DNA of 61,785 nt, filler included, from Sphacelaria rigidula (taxonomy: Eukaryota), in NCBI GenBank assembly GCA_964200075.2. It is 3 parts of 3 records of this genome, joined end to end, with 100 filler letters (N's around TTAATTAATTAA, not from the genome) between each part and the next. Parts side by side here need not be neighbours in the genome. Positions count along the whole stretch, not along the records: positions 41,291 to 61,785 come from CAXNAA020000521.1; 2 more parts are not named here. One strand, written 5' to 3'. The notes under the pieces were generated by a model. The model had not been told where the DNA came from and searched no databases. It was given only the letters and a program-made list of their open reading frames with translations. Positions 50,465 through 61,785 of this stretch are shown in pieces; positions within the stretch are counted from its first letter, which is position 1, and each line of letters opens with the position of its first letter. The position numbers were made by a program, and so were the translations under genes.

Positions 50465-53304
50465 GATCCCATGCACGTGGGTATTAGCTCTCCGCCCCAG
50501 CTGCAGCGTAGTCTCTAGAGACGACCAAAGGGGGTTTGCAGGATAACGGTGGCGTACGTGCAATGGAGCATGAGAGGTGTAACGTACCTGGGCAGCATCT
50601 TCATCGTCGCAATTATGAAACTCGTTCCGGGTGTTGTCCAGTAATTATATAGCCGGAAGTGGGTTGTTCGGCGTGCTGATCAGCGCAGCGAGATGCGAGT
50701 ATGGGCCAACGAAGCCGTCGCAGATACTGCAGAATAATTTCGATAGCGTTGAAAACAATTCAGGGTGGAACTGACTCTTGCGGACGACAGAGTGAGACAA
50801 CGCATGTGGTATGATGCCACATGATACTGGGCTAGGCAAGTATGTGCTATCTAATGGAGTACACGCGATGTATAGATCAATTCCTTAAAAGTATAGTGGT
50901 TACGATGTACTTTGCGACCATTTTTGTGACAGGTGTGACATGAACAACAGGTGAGCGAGTGGTCGCTACTCCCATAAAATAACTCAACCCTTGGACAGCG
51001 AAAGTAGGTCATCTGTTGAATCGGCACCAATTTCACTTGAAAAAAGTATGCATGATCCAGAAAGACTAACCTCGCGGTCTAAGGGTTAAGCGCTGCACAG
51101 CGCACTTTCGAATAACAAACAACAAAAGAATGGCTACGGTAGACGAAAAAAACTGTCAACTTCTCCGTATTGTCTTGTCCATAATGTTCTTGTGATCGTA
51201 CAGTAGACAACGGAATATGCTGTATCACCCAACTGCCATCATATAACATTTTTTCTCTATTTTGATTCTCTCGATAATTGCGGCGTTAGGTGTTGTGCCG
51301 ATGAGAAGATATTGTCGAGATCCAACGTGTCGAGTCCTGCGGCGGTGCAGCTCTTGGCCACAGAGAATTTTAGGCTGAAAAACGTCAGCGGGGGTGGTAT
51401 GCGGCGTAGACTACTGGCATGCCTGATTGTGCTTTTTGTAGGGTACGAACTTCCTGTCGCTGCAGTATCCAGTATTCTCAATCAAAACCGCACTTGCTTC
51501 TCCGCAGAATTACAGTGCTCCCCGTGGAAACGCATAGAAGATCGAATGATAAACGTCAGGGTGCAGTGTTACACCTACTTTTAGATCGCAATGAGCTGGT
51601 ACGCATAACTGGGTAAAACACCACTATGTGCAGCTCCGTTGCTGCGTGCATGTATCATTACTCTTTCTGATACATGAAATGTGATCATGAGTCATGAGCT
51701 TGAGCGATACCCCAACAAAAACAACAGCATGAGAGCAGCTACTACCAGAAACTTTCTGCACGTGGTATTGATAAAAAAAATTAAAAACTCATGACGTGTT
51801 TCGACATCCACGAGTACTTTGCCCACCTGATACAGAGCACGCCTCACCCAAGATGCGAAGCAGCTTGATCTTCTTGCTTCGTTATGGCTTAACGGTCACA
51901 TCCTCGCACGCATACGTCATTTTCCAACGACAATCAAAACCGCGACAGGCGGTCCTTTCTCACGTCTCCACCAACATATGCATGTGTAAATACGCAATCT
52001 TTCATTCTGAAAAATGCATGCATGAATTGAATCCACCCTTTTGTTTATTAAAAAAATGGGTACTTTATGGATTGAGGTTGCCGTCTGGCGACGGGGACCT
52101 GTTCGACCACGGGTCTAGATGAATAGGATAATGTGATGTTCGCGTCGCGGGCAGATCGAGTGCCAGGTGCAGGGTACCTGAGCACACGGGCGCTAACCCT
52201 AAGTTGACAAGTCGTATCAAGAGGAAGCATGTTTCAGGGAAGTAACAACTTGACATCGGGCTTACCGCCGGAGCCCATAGCGGAAGATCAGGCAGTCACG
52301 TTTGCAGGTCAGGTTTGCCGCGTAGATGAGCATCTTGGTGCGGAAGGTTTTTATTCGTCGAAACATCGAACATCATCTTGAAACATGCACCGGAGCGGAG
52401 TGTTGAGATCTTGTTGTGAGGGATTGGTGTCAATGTTTACCCTGATTCAGGAGTTGTGCTCTATTCTGCTGCGCTGTACTGTCCTGTACTGCACTTTCGA
52501 AAGCGAACTTTTCCACAGGTGCCACTTGCATCTATTGAGACTACGAACAACAAGTTGCCCTGAAAATTAACGCTCTTGATCCTCAGCTTAAGTTCTTCCG
52601 CCAATAATAATGGACATGGTCAGTGAAGTCCAACCTGCGCCGCATGCGTGCACGGGCGAGGCATTGCACTGGCTCTACAGGCAGCATCTTGATCGCGAGA
52701 TATTCAGTGATTTGGGATCGTAAATCTGAGCTCCTTCCTCACTGCACCACCGCAATATTTTCTTATGGATATGTGCGAGGACTCGGGACTATACGAGCAA
52801 ATCAAACAGACTGTGACAGATCTTGGACATGCGCACAAGGACTGTTGTACTAAAACACATATTTCATATTTCGATGACTGATTTTTTGAGCGTATCCAGT
52901 CCTGCCCCAAAATATATAAACAAAAATATACCGGAATGCCCGCCCTATATTTGTGAATGCCCGCACTTGGCCCGCATACAAAATATCATTGCACTTTTGA
53001 ACGGAACTATGCTTATTAATGTCCCGACGGTGGGTAATAAATTCACCACCATGAAACTTGGTGCACTAGTCGGACACAAAGCAGGCAGTATGTGCACCGG
53101 GGAACAGCTCCGTAACCTCTCGGCGTCGAAGGCCGGTTCTTACGGCAAATAGCGGCAACAAAAAAGTGTACGGTATCACTAATTTTTCGTCCCTCTCTGT
53201 CATTTTGCGTCCTGAACGGGGGGCTAGGGCGGTGTTGACACCTTTGAATGCCTTTCTATACTCGTCTAAAAAAATTCCAGGACACGTCTTTTTTTCTAGT
53301 AGTA

Positions 53305-53785
53305 GGGCCGCTCCTTAAAACAGACAGGAACAAAAATCTGGAAAAGTACCTTTTCGGAGCTTTTACGTCGTTTTATGCCCCTAGAGAGAGCTAGGCCGAG
53401 TTTGCCACCTTGAAATGACTTGCTCCACTAGTTGCGGCGGTTCCAGGATACCTTCCCGTTTTCCGGTGGCCGCAGTTTTTATTTTGCCCAAACAAGATTT
53501 TTTGTCCAAGAACGGTAAAAAATAGTCAACTCTAGAAAAATCGCCACCTTTATCTTGACTTGACTGTTCTTCACCGTTCTTGAACAAAAGTTCTTGTTTG
53601 GCCAAAATGAAAAATGCGGCCACCGGAAAACGGGCAGTGGTCCTGGAACCCCCTCAACTAGTAGAACAATTCATTCCAAGGTGTCAAAGTGCGCCTAGCT
53701 CTCTTTTGGGGCGTGGAACGATGTAAAAGCTCAAAAAATGCACTTTTACAAAAATTTTATTTTGTCTACTATAAGGAGCAGCCTA
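53305..53785. mobile_element. Foldback (palindromic) non-autonomous DNA element core, probably part of a larger ~52.9-54.3 kb element
   Basis: gctcctta..gagcttttac..gagagctagg..cccgttttccggtggccgca..caagaacggt is mirrored by accgttcttg..tgcggccaccggaaaacggg..cctagctctc..gtaaaagctc..taaggagc; partial third arm at ~53865-54010. Confidence 0.8.
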
Positions 53786-55526
53786 ATGTCAGTTTTGTAT
53801 TTTGACACATACACTTTTGTCCCAGAGTGGTCAAGTCCGGGGGGAAAATACGGGGCACCTTCGCCTTTCCCGGTGGCCGCAGAATTGTTCCTGACTGGAC
53901 TATTAATAGCACTTTTGTCCAAGAACAGTCGACACGACAAAATAACCGTAATTAATTTCTGGACCTGACTGCCACTTCATTCTGGACTTGACTGTTCTTC
54001 ACCGCTGTTGGACATAAATACAACTTCGGCCGCAACCGAAGTGCAAGCACCCGAACACGTTCATGTGCCGCGGCAGATTTGCCAACGATGACAGTAAGGC
54101 ATTCAAAGGAGGCAACATCCGCCCAGACATATTTGGGGCCCAGAAACGAAGCAGAAGGACAAAAAAAACAGTCGTAAACATCCTGTGTTTGCCATAAGAA
54201 GTGCTGGAAAGGGAGACGTGGCGGAAATGGGCCCGACGTGTAATTCGGAGGACCAATGGTGACACGATCCTCCGGTTCGGTGCAGATGGTGCAGTATCAA
54301 AGATATCGGCGAGAGAGTGAAGAAGAACATTACCCGACGTTTTTTGTCCGACCGCTCAGCAAAATGGCCACACGGATGACTCCTAGCAATTTTCTCCCTT
54401 TACGAATGCCATAGAGTCGACGCGCGGGCGTAGACAGTGCTGTACGGGCTGGGCCAGCCAAGAGTAGGTGTGAATCTCGCTCAGGCNNNNNNNNNNCGCT
54501 CAGGCGACGCACGGCGCGATATAAGGAGTTGGACGCTGAAATTTTTACAGCAGCTTTTTATGATCCAAATGCAGAAGATCGTGGGACCAGCAAAGAAAAA
54601 AGAAAGAAAGAAAACTATGGGCATTTAAAATTTCAGCAAAAAACAAGATAATTCCGTAATGCAGGAAAAAAAGGAGAATCTGCAGCTGGACACGTGAAGT
54701 ATCAGTTCCTTGTGTGCAGAAGGTCTTCCTAAAATTTCAGCTCAAGGCTCGTCGAATTGGGCCGTGCGTTTTACTTTTTCCGTGACGCTGCTGAACCCCT
54801 ATAAATCAAGTGATGGGAGACTCCAATCATGGAGGTCATGAGTTCGAATCCCGACATATCCTTTTTTTTCCGTCCTTCGTTAAGGTCATGCATTATGCAG
54901 TACATTTTTTTCTTCATTCAGCGGCGGTGCCGTGTGTCACCAGGTTGGTCTACAATTCACAGTGATATGCTTACATCGGGTTCATTCGGGAAAGTGGGGA
55001 ATCTGTGGTGTGAGCAAGTTTTAGCAGCTTTTTAGCTGGCCCAGCTCGTACAGTATCTGCAAAGGTCAACTGGCATACCATGGTGTGGTTCAGATTTGTC
55101 GTCTTACGTCAAAACACTCCCTTGATTGGCATTACTATGTAGCCTCACGCACTACAGGAATTCGCGCTGAAGGGCGTCGCCAGACCACCCCATATACACT
55201 TTTGCACCCAAGGGTGCGCCGCACATGCATGAATCATCATCGCTATGTACACGGGGCACGGTTCATGACTACAGCTTGGAAAAAACAACCTTGAATTGTA
55301 CAGAAACTTGCGTGCAATATATCTAAAGAAAGAACGACCCCAATGTTCTCTACAGACTGAAGTCAGTACTCGACGTCTTCGTAGTGATCGTCGCGCGTTT
55401 GTGATGCCGAGTCCTCTCTATCGGGCCCGCTGTATTCTGAATATGAATCTCCAATCCAGATCCCGGCTGAACACTTCGACTTGTGTCCGATGGATTAATC
55501 TGATCCACCGTCCCATAAGTAGGGAC

Positions 55527-55975
55527 TGATCGGATCTTGTCCCGGATACGCTTTCCTCACCCCCTCCCGCCGTCGCCGTGCCCGTAAGGATCCTCACCAT
55601 CAGTCATATTAGCAGATGCCCCTGGCGCGTTGTTCGCTCCAGTCGCCGCGCCCCTTCCACGTGATGCAGCCGACCCTCCTATTGCATGCTTCGCTGTTGA
55701 CCAGCCTTTCCCGTTGCGAGATCGGCCGCATGCACCGCCGTCTCCGGCGCCGGTTTCACCGATCGGATCTAGTCCCGGATACGCTCCCTCTACCTCCTCC
55801 CTCCCGGCGTCGCGCCAGCAAGGCTCCTCACCATCAGTCATATTAACAGGTGCCCCTCGTGCGCTGCTCGCTCCAGACGCCGCGCCCCTTCCACGCGATG
55901 CAGTCGACCCGCCTCTTGCATGCTTCGCTGTTGACTGGCTTCTTCTGTTGTGAGATCGGCCACGTGCACCGCTGT
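55527..55975. repeat. Tandem duplication with a ~234-bp period
   Basis: gatcggatct.gtcccggatacgct..ctcaccatcagtcatatta..cgccgcgccccttccacg..gcatgcttcgctgttgac occurs twice. Confidence 0.9.
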
Positions 55976-58900
55976 ATCCGTCGTCGGTTACCAGTGGGAT
56001 TCGCTGCGGTCGCTTGCGAAGGGGGCGGGGGCAGGAAGCAGCGGTCCTGGCAACCGCAGCTCAGCGTGCAGTTCCTCAAACACCTGCAACGCTGGCATCT
56101 GTGTTTTGTCGCCGCCTTTTCCGGGTTGCATGTACATCTGAGTGTTCGCAGGTCCCGACATGTGTTGACGTACGTGTGACTCGACAAGTACACGACAACG
56201 TTGTCGCGTGTGAGCTCCACTGCCCTTGTGCTCGCCGATTTACACCACCCCTACGGTGAGTTTTCTCTGGTTCTATGCCTCACCCGCGTCTATTGAAGTC
56301 CACTGTGGGCATCCTGCCTAGAAAGCCCCCCCCTCAATATTCGAACACTGCATCGGACTTACTGACGTGCTTCCTACAGTCGCCCAAGCCTGGGCAGCAG
56401 CGGGAAGGCGGGTGTCCATGCGCTGAGGTGATGAACAAGCGGATCTTGTTCACGTACGACGCCAAGTCCTTCCAACACGTGAACAAAAGTCCCGGATCGG
56501 CGGCGACTTGTGCAAAATCATTTTTGTACCTGCAAAAAAAATCTGCGGCCAGCAGCTGTACGCCCTCGTCCATATCCACCCTCAGCATCCCGTCTTTCTC
56601 CACTAGTATCGCTCTTGTGAGGAGATTTGGCGTGCGAATGACCTTCAAAAGGAATTTCCGCATCTTCAGAAAAGGAATCCCGGACACATGTGGTATAAGG
56701 TCGCACCCGGCCAATAGATACGTAAAAACGAACAGTGCCACCTTGATTGACGGTGTCAGCCAATCGTACTGTCCGTCGGGCGGCGAAGCACTCTCGCTCC
56801 CGCCCCTCAGATTCTCGATCGCGCTGTACCTGTTCAACGGTATGTACCGGGGGCCACCTTCACAATGCGTTTGACACTGATTTGCACGGAGTCTGAGCCA
56901 CATGGCTTGATACACCCAGAGGACATCGCCAGGACTACATTGATCCACTGGTCAGTGTCGACGAAAGTCACGAGCACTTCTTCAGGGATTTCCCGAACAA
57001 CCTCCCGGAGTATGTAATGAAGTGGACTGTGGACATCTCTCCCTGGCCTATTTAGTAAGGAAATGGAAGTACATGTATGCGCAGTGGACGTGGGAGCTAC
57101 AGATCATTGCCTTATGTGGACAGAAAGCCAACATACGAGAGCTGAAAGAAATAGGCGGGGTTGGAAGTTGTACAAACGAAGAATAGATGAACTAGAAATG
57201 GTAGAGAAATAGCAAGAGTTTCAAGCAGAGATGACCAAAAATGCAGCTAAATTTTCCCAGCTGCTGGAAAGCGTAGGTACAGCTGATACCGAAATGGGAA
57301 GAGATCAGGCAGGAGCGAAGATAATAGAAGGATGGGAGCAGATGGTCGAGAAGACAGCGATTGAAGTCATAGAGAAGACACTGATCGTATGCAACAGAGC
57401 TGTAAAGTGGTGAGATGAGGACGTAAAAGAGGCTCTATGAGTAAGGAGAGAGACCCACGCAAGATACAGATCGAGAAAACTACGGTAGGATGGGAGGAGT
57501 ATACTAAAGCTCGAAATGATGTCAAAAATATGGTACAGAAGAAAAAACAGGGAGTATGGGAAGATGAAGTGGATGGCACAAATGAAGATCTCGATGGCGG
57601 GATGAAACGAATATGGGCAGGAATAAAAGGGATTATGGGAAGCTCGTCAGGGAAGATGGACAAGGGGATAGCCAAACTACGGGCACAGAACGGTAGAATG
57701 GTCAGTAGTTCGAAGGGGAAGAGAGAAGTGCTAGTAGAGCACGACCGTAAACTAGGAACACCAAAATCTAACAAGAAGTTCGACACGGAAATAGAGAAGG
57801 AAATCAACGCGTGGGTAGAGACAAATGTAGGGGCGTTAAAACGGGAGGATATAGTAGCTTCGAAAAATTGCAGAGATAGTTTGCCAGACACGAAGTAAAG
57901 GAGTGTGTAGCTAAACTCAAGAACAGAGATGCAGCAAAGGCAGAAGAACACCTGGAGATATACGGGGGGTTGAGAGAGTGGATAAGGATGAAAACATACC
58001 TGCATGGCTCAATGGACGCGGCGGAAAATCTGAAAATGCGATTTCGGTTGGGGGGCCTGAACCTGCCAGGAAGAAGAGAGATATACCAGTCGTCGAAAGG
58101 AGGAGGAAGGAGATGCATAGAATTGTCCCCGTGGCAAAGCAATAGAGGGCAGAAGTTATTTAGTGGCAGAATGTGAATTACCCAAGAAAGAACGGAACTC
58201 GCTAGAGGGGGAAGTGCGGGATGTGTACGAAGGTGACATAAAATCGTTTTATACATTATATAGTACCGAAAAAACGATGGCTATACTTGTAGATAGATGG
58301 TGGCCACAAACGGTGAAACAGAACGGGGATAAGATATATAAACGGGTTTTGTGTGATGCATGGAAAAAACGTAATGAGCACCGATATATAGGAGGTGTCT
58401 CTATTAGGAGTAGGAACGGTGCTCCGTCTCGGAAGGAATGCGTGGTCAATGATCAAACGACTGAGGCAAGCAACAAATCAGTACGCCCCTCCCCTCACCT
58501 ATGCCGGGTCCAGGTGCGCTTTGGATAGTCCGATTAGGCTCACTGCCATGATGCCACGACAACAGATGGCGATGCGAGCCACGAGGAGGAGGGCGGGGAA
58601 GCTCCGCACTTGGCGCGTGTGATTTTCTTACTGTCGCTTCCCCCCCGTTTCGCTGCCTGTCAACGCGGCAAGACACGATCGCGGAATAGCCGGAACTCCT
58701 GCGCGGGTTCGAAGACCAGCGTTCGGCGCCGATATCGGCACCGCCGGAACCTCGCTTCGTCGCTGGCCCGTCACCGCCGGGAGATAGATCCGCGGGGCCG
58801 CCCCTGCCACACCTCCGTCGTCGAAGCCTCCACATGACGCACTTGCCGCCATCGGTGGCATCCCCGCTCCTCCCCCTCCCGTCCGCTTGATCCAGCTGAT

Positions 58901-59920
58901 GAAGTCCACTGGCGGGCCGCAACCGCCAACCCGCCGCATAAAACACTCGCGCGTGAAGTCGCCACGGCTGTTTCCTCCCCCGCTACCCCTCACGGTAGCT
59001 CGTGCATCATGGCTGCCGCATTCTACTGCGGGGTCGTATCCCTCAGCCCCCTGACAACAACACCAGCGCTTCCCGTCGCGTCTCCCATCACCGCTGTCGC
59101 TTTCTCCCCCCCTGTTCGCCTGCTGCCGCCGCCGCCGAAGCATGCGGGGCGGATCTTCGCACCCCGTCACTCACGATGTCGCATCGGCAGTCTGTCCTTC
59201 CCCGGCTCCCTCATTTCTCAGCGCTGCGGCTTGGCGTCTCTTGACAGGCCCTTCTTTCCCATTATTGACCGCGCCCACATCAGACGGTATAGCTCCCACA
59301 GACCCACACCTGGCGACCGCCGTCGTCCCCCCTCTCCCCCCCCCCTCTCCCTCCCCCCTCTCCCGTCCAACGTGCCCTTCTACTCCTGCCGTCGCCGTTG
59401 GCGTGAAGCCACTCAGAACAGACGACATGCTTGCCCCGTGAGTGACGATCAACGGTCCTTCATTATTCTCGAGTAGTATCCGCTTGAACGCACAGGTGGC
59501 TAGGTGATTCCGGACATGTTTGCTGTTCTTGCGAAGAAAAACCTGGAAGCGTGGCCCGCGGGGAAGAGGCTTCGTGGATGTCGGATGGATCTTCGTGTCG
59601 CATTTTTCCAGCTTTTCCATTCCCCCGCTCGTGCGCCTTGATAACGCCCACTGTGCCAGGGTCGTCCTATGCGAGCACAACCAGCTCTGTCCCGGCGTCC
59701 GTCCATGCAGTGCGCACCTCCGCCGCGCGGTAGGCTTCAACTGCCGGGTATCCACCCTTTGTGACGGCCTGAGGAGGTTCCCTCTGCGCCTCCACGGCAT
59801 AGTCGACGGCGTGACCCTGCGCCACGTAGTATGGATCCAGCTGTTCTGCGTCGGGGCAGGTAGATATTATTCACTGCACAGCAAGGCTTTTGTTCGAGTG
59901 CCCTTAACCTGAGCAGGAAA
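55843..59920 (-). pseudogene. Academ-like XPG/PIN-fold nuclease plus Cys-rich (CXC-like) domain, decayed and split by a LINE
   Basis: In order: AVDYAVEAQREPP..VVLA*DDP..IKAHER (~59620-59820), FQVFL, GIGEG|E at the LINE junction, VLVTFVDTDQW (~56945-56980), YLLAGCDLIPHVSGI, CPGL..HV, then CTC..C..CRC..CTLSCGC..C (~56040-56140). Further possible exons lie at ~60170-61100. Confidence 0.65.
57052..58491 (+). mobile_element. Internally deleted LINE (end of endonuclease, tether, C-terminus; RT core missing)
   Basis: DVGATDHCLMW (endonuclease end), WEQMVEKTA..VKW*DE, RIWAGIK, then a jump at ~57940 to LEIYGGLRE..MKTYLHG..LKMRFRLG; the 3' end is shared with 45420-45620; imperfect TSD ccctggcctat (57041-57051) / ccctcacctat (58492-58502). 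Confidence 0.85.
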
Positions 59921-61392
59921 CATGGCGGGAACGAATCGAGCGGGCAACGGGGTGGTATGAGCCTATCATGAACGTGCGTCAGGGGGTATGCTTAGAATTT
60001 TCTGCCTGTTCAGAATGCTCAAGGTGGGCATCCATTGACACTAAAAATCATAACATCGCTGTACTACGGCTGAAAATTTCCTGCCTACACAGTCATGTTC
60101 AGGATGTGCATTGCCTGAGGCTGAAGCGGTGGCGTGTCCCGTGTGTTCACCTCGGACGCCCAGGTATCTCACACTGTGTAGGTGGGGCCTCCCCTGGGCG
60201 ATCGACTCTCTACTTCTTCACTCTGCGAGCCCCGTCGGTCGTCACCCCCCTCCACCACCCCCTCGGTTTCTACGAGTGCGCCATCAGCGACCGCGCCTGG
60301 CGCCCAAGAGTCACTGAACAATGCAATCGCCCTGTGTTTCCCATAGGACTTAAGACTCAGCTCTTCTCGCACTGCGCCTTCGTCGCCGGCGTGGCCCCCG
60401 GCGATTGTCCTTATATTTTCCATCGGCACTGCACGTCTGCACGTTCTAAGTCGGTCGGTCGATATCTTATCTCAATCACGGTTGTGGCATGTGTTGGATG
60501 GGATGACAGCGGGAGATGTGCAGATGTTTCACTACCTGCCCGGACGACATGAACCAATGGCATAAGGGTGCGAGATCTCAGTTTTCTGCTATGTTTAACA
60601 TTTCGAGAGTCGGAGTCGGGGTTTCTTGTGCACGTATATTGTCCACGCATGCAGGCGTCCTGCGTTTCGTTTGAAAGCCACAGTCATCACCTGAACGAAA
60701 GCAGTGAGGAGCGTGCGATCATCACCTTAATAGTTCGCAGGGTTACTACAAGAGTGGACTGAAGATGCTGTTACCTCGGGATCGGTTTTGGTGCTGCATG
60801 TGACACTCGAACTGCCCGGACAATGTCTCTGCAGGCGCCCGGATGTTGCATCCCATAAGTTAGCCCTAGGGATCCTCCACATCTGCCGGGAGTGCATGTC
60901 AAGGGGGGTGGTCGGGTGGAGCGTTGGACATAAGAGCTTTTGATACGAGCGTGTCATCCACCCTGCTGTTCTCATGTTGCCGCCGCCTATGGCGACCGAG
61001 GCATATGCTCTCTATCGTGTCTGACGGTCGCGGCGTGCGATCGTGATATTTTAGTACCATTGAAATTGACAAGTCAAAATCTATGCCCGTGTCAACTCCG
61101 GACATCTCTATCCACGTTGTTTGATTCCGGGTGTAAGATTGCCAACTTGCTCTCCTTCTCCCGCTAGGGATACCAAGAGCAAGTTGCATATTCGTGCGTG
61201 TACAACGCGAACCTCAGTTCCACAACCGTCCCCGGGGTTTGCAGGAGCTGATTCAAGTACGTTTTTATCACACTGCCATATACACACTTCCACGGTACAT
61301 GGCGTTTTCTTCTTCCTGTCGACGCACTTGAGCATAAAGCTATTAATATATACTTTGCCGATAGCACAATGCTCTGTACTGCATTGAACTTC

Positions 61393-61480
61393 ACTGTGCT
61401 GTGCTGTACTATACTATGGCGTGGTGTACTGTACTGTACTGTACTGTGCTACGCTGCGCTGCGCTGTGGTCTGTTGTACT
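61393..61480. repeat. Degenerate pentanucleotide microsatellite (CTGTR)n
   Basis: ctgtgctgtgctgtactatact..gtactgtactgtactg. Confidence 0.85.
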
Positions 61481-61785
61481 GAGATGGGACGTGCTGTTTG
61501 AGCCGTACACGGCAGTATAGATAGCCCATGTACTTGTGTGGAGATTTTGTTTTACTTCTTCAAACTTCAGTCACGTCGTTTCATCTGCGGCATGGATGGG
61601 TTTCAGCACAATCTTTTCCTATAAAAATATCGATCTCTCTAGATGGTGAAAACATCCTCCGTGACTACCGGTGGCATCATGCGAGCGCGGTGCTCTGCCA
61701 TGACACCAGAGGTCTGGTTTGACGGTTGGGGGGGGGGGGGCGTACTCATTTGTTGCGTGGGGTAGTCGTGCGGGCATGGACAAAG

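Noticed and set aside
54810-54870. tRNA gene (gagttcgaatccc B-box-like)
   Set aside because: No convincing A box or cloverleaf; at most a decayed tRNA-derived SINE head

Overview
Eukaryotic, repeat-rich scaffold window, most likely from a brown alga or related ochrophyte. This is inferred from spliced GT-AG genes with long introns, an ASAFAP-like plastid presequence and the style of the retroelements. Bases ~1-20.5 kb are a nest of decayed retroelements: LTR/PBS/gag remnants, a chromodomain Ty3/gypsy pol with a probable 3' LTR, RTE-like LINE pieces and MITEs with 4-bp TSDs. The most unusual part is ~25.7-32.3 kb, an intronless, compact, decayed minus-strand module. It holds a ~4.3-kb gene for a divergent protein-primed PolB-like domain fused to an SF1 helicase and a C-terminal HNH-like domain, followed 45 bp later by a protelomerase (telomere resolvase)-like gene. 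I recognise no capsid or packaging gene, so it looks like an endogenised transpoviron-like or linear-plasmid-like element. Two apparently intact host genes converge at 41.8-50.5 kb: the 3' exons of a thioredoxin-domain protein and a plastid-targeted glyoxalase/VOC protein. The right end holds a decayed Academ-like XPG/PIN nuclease plus Cys-rich gene split by a LINE. All family calls come from motifs recognised by eye; no searches were run.
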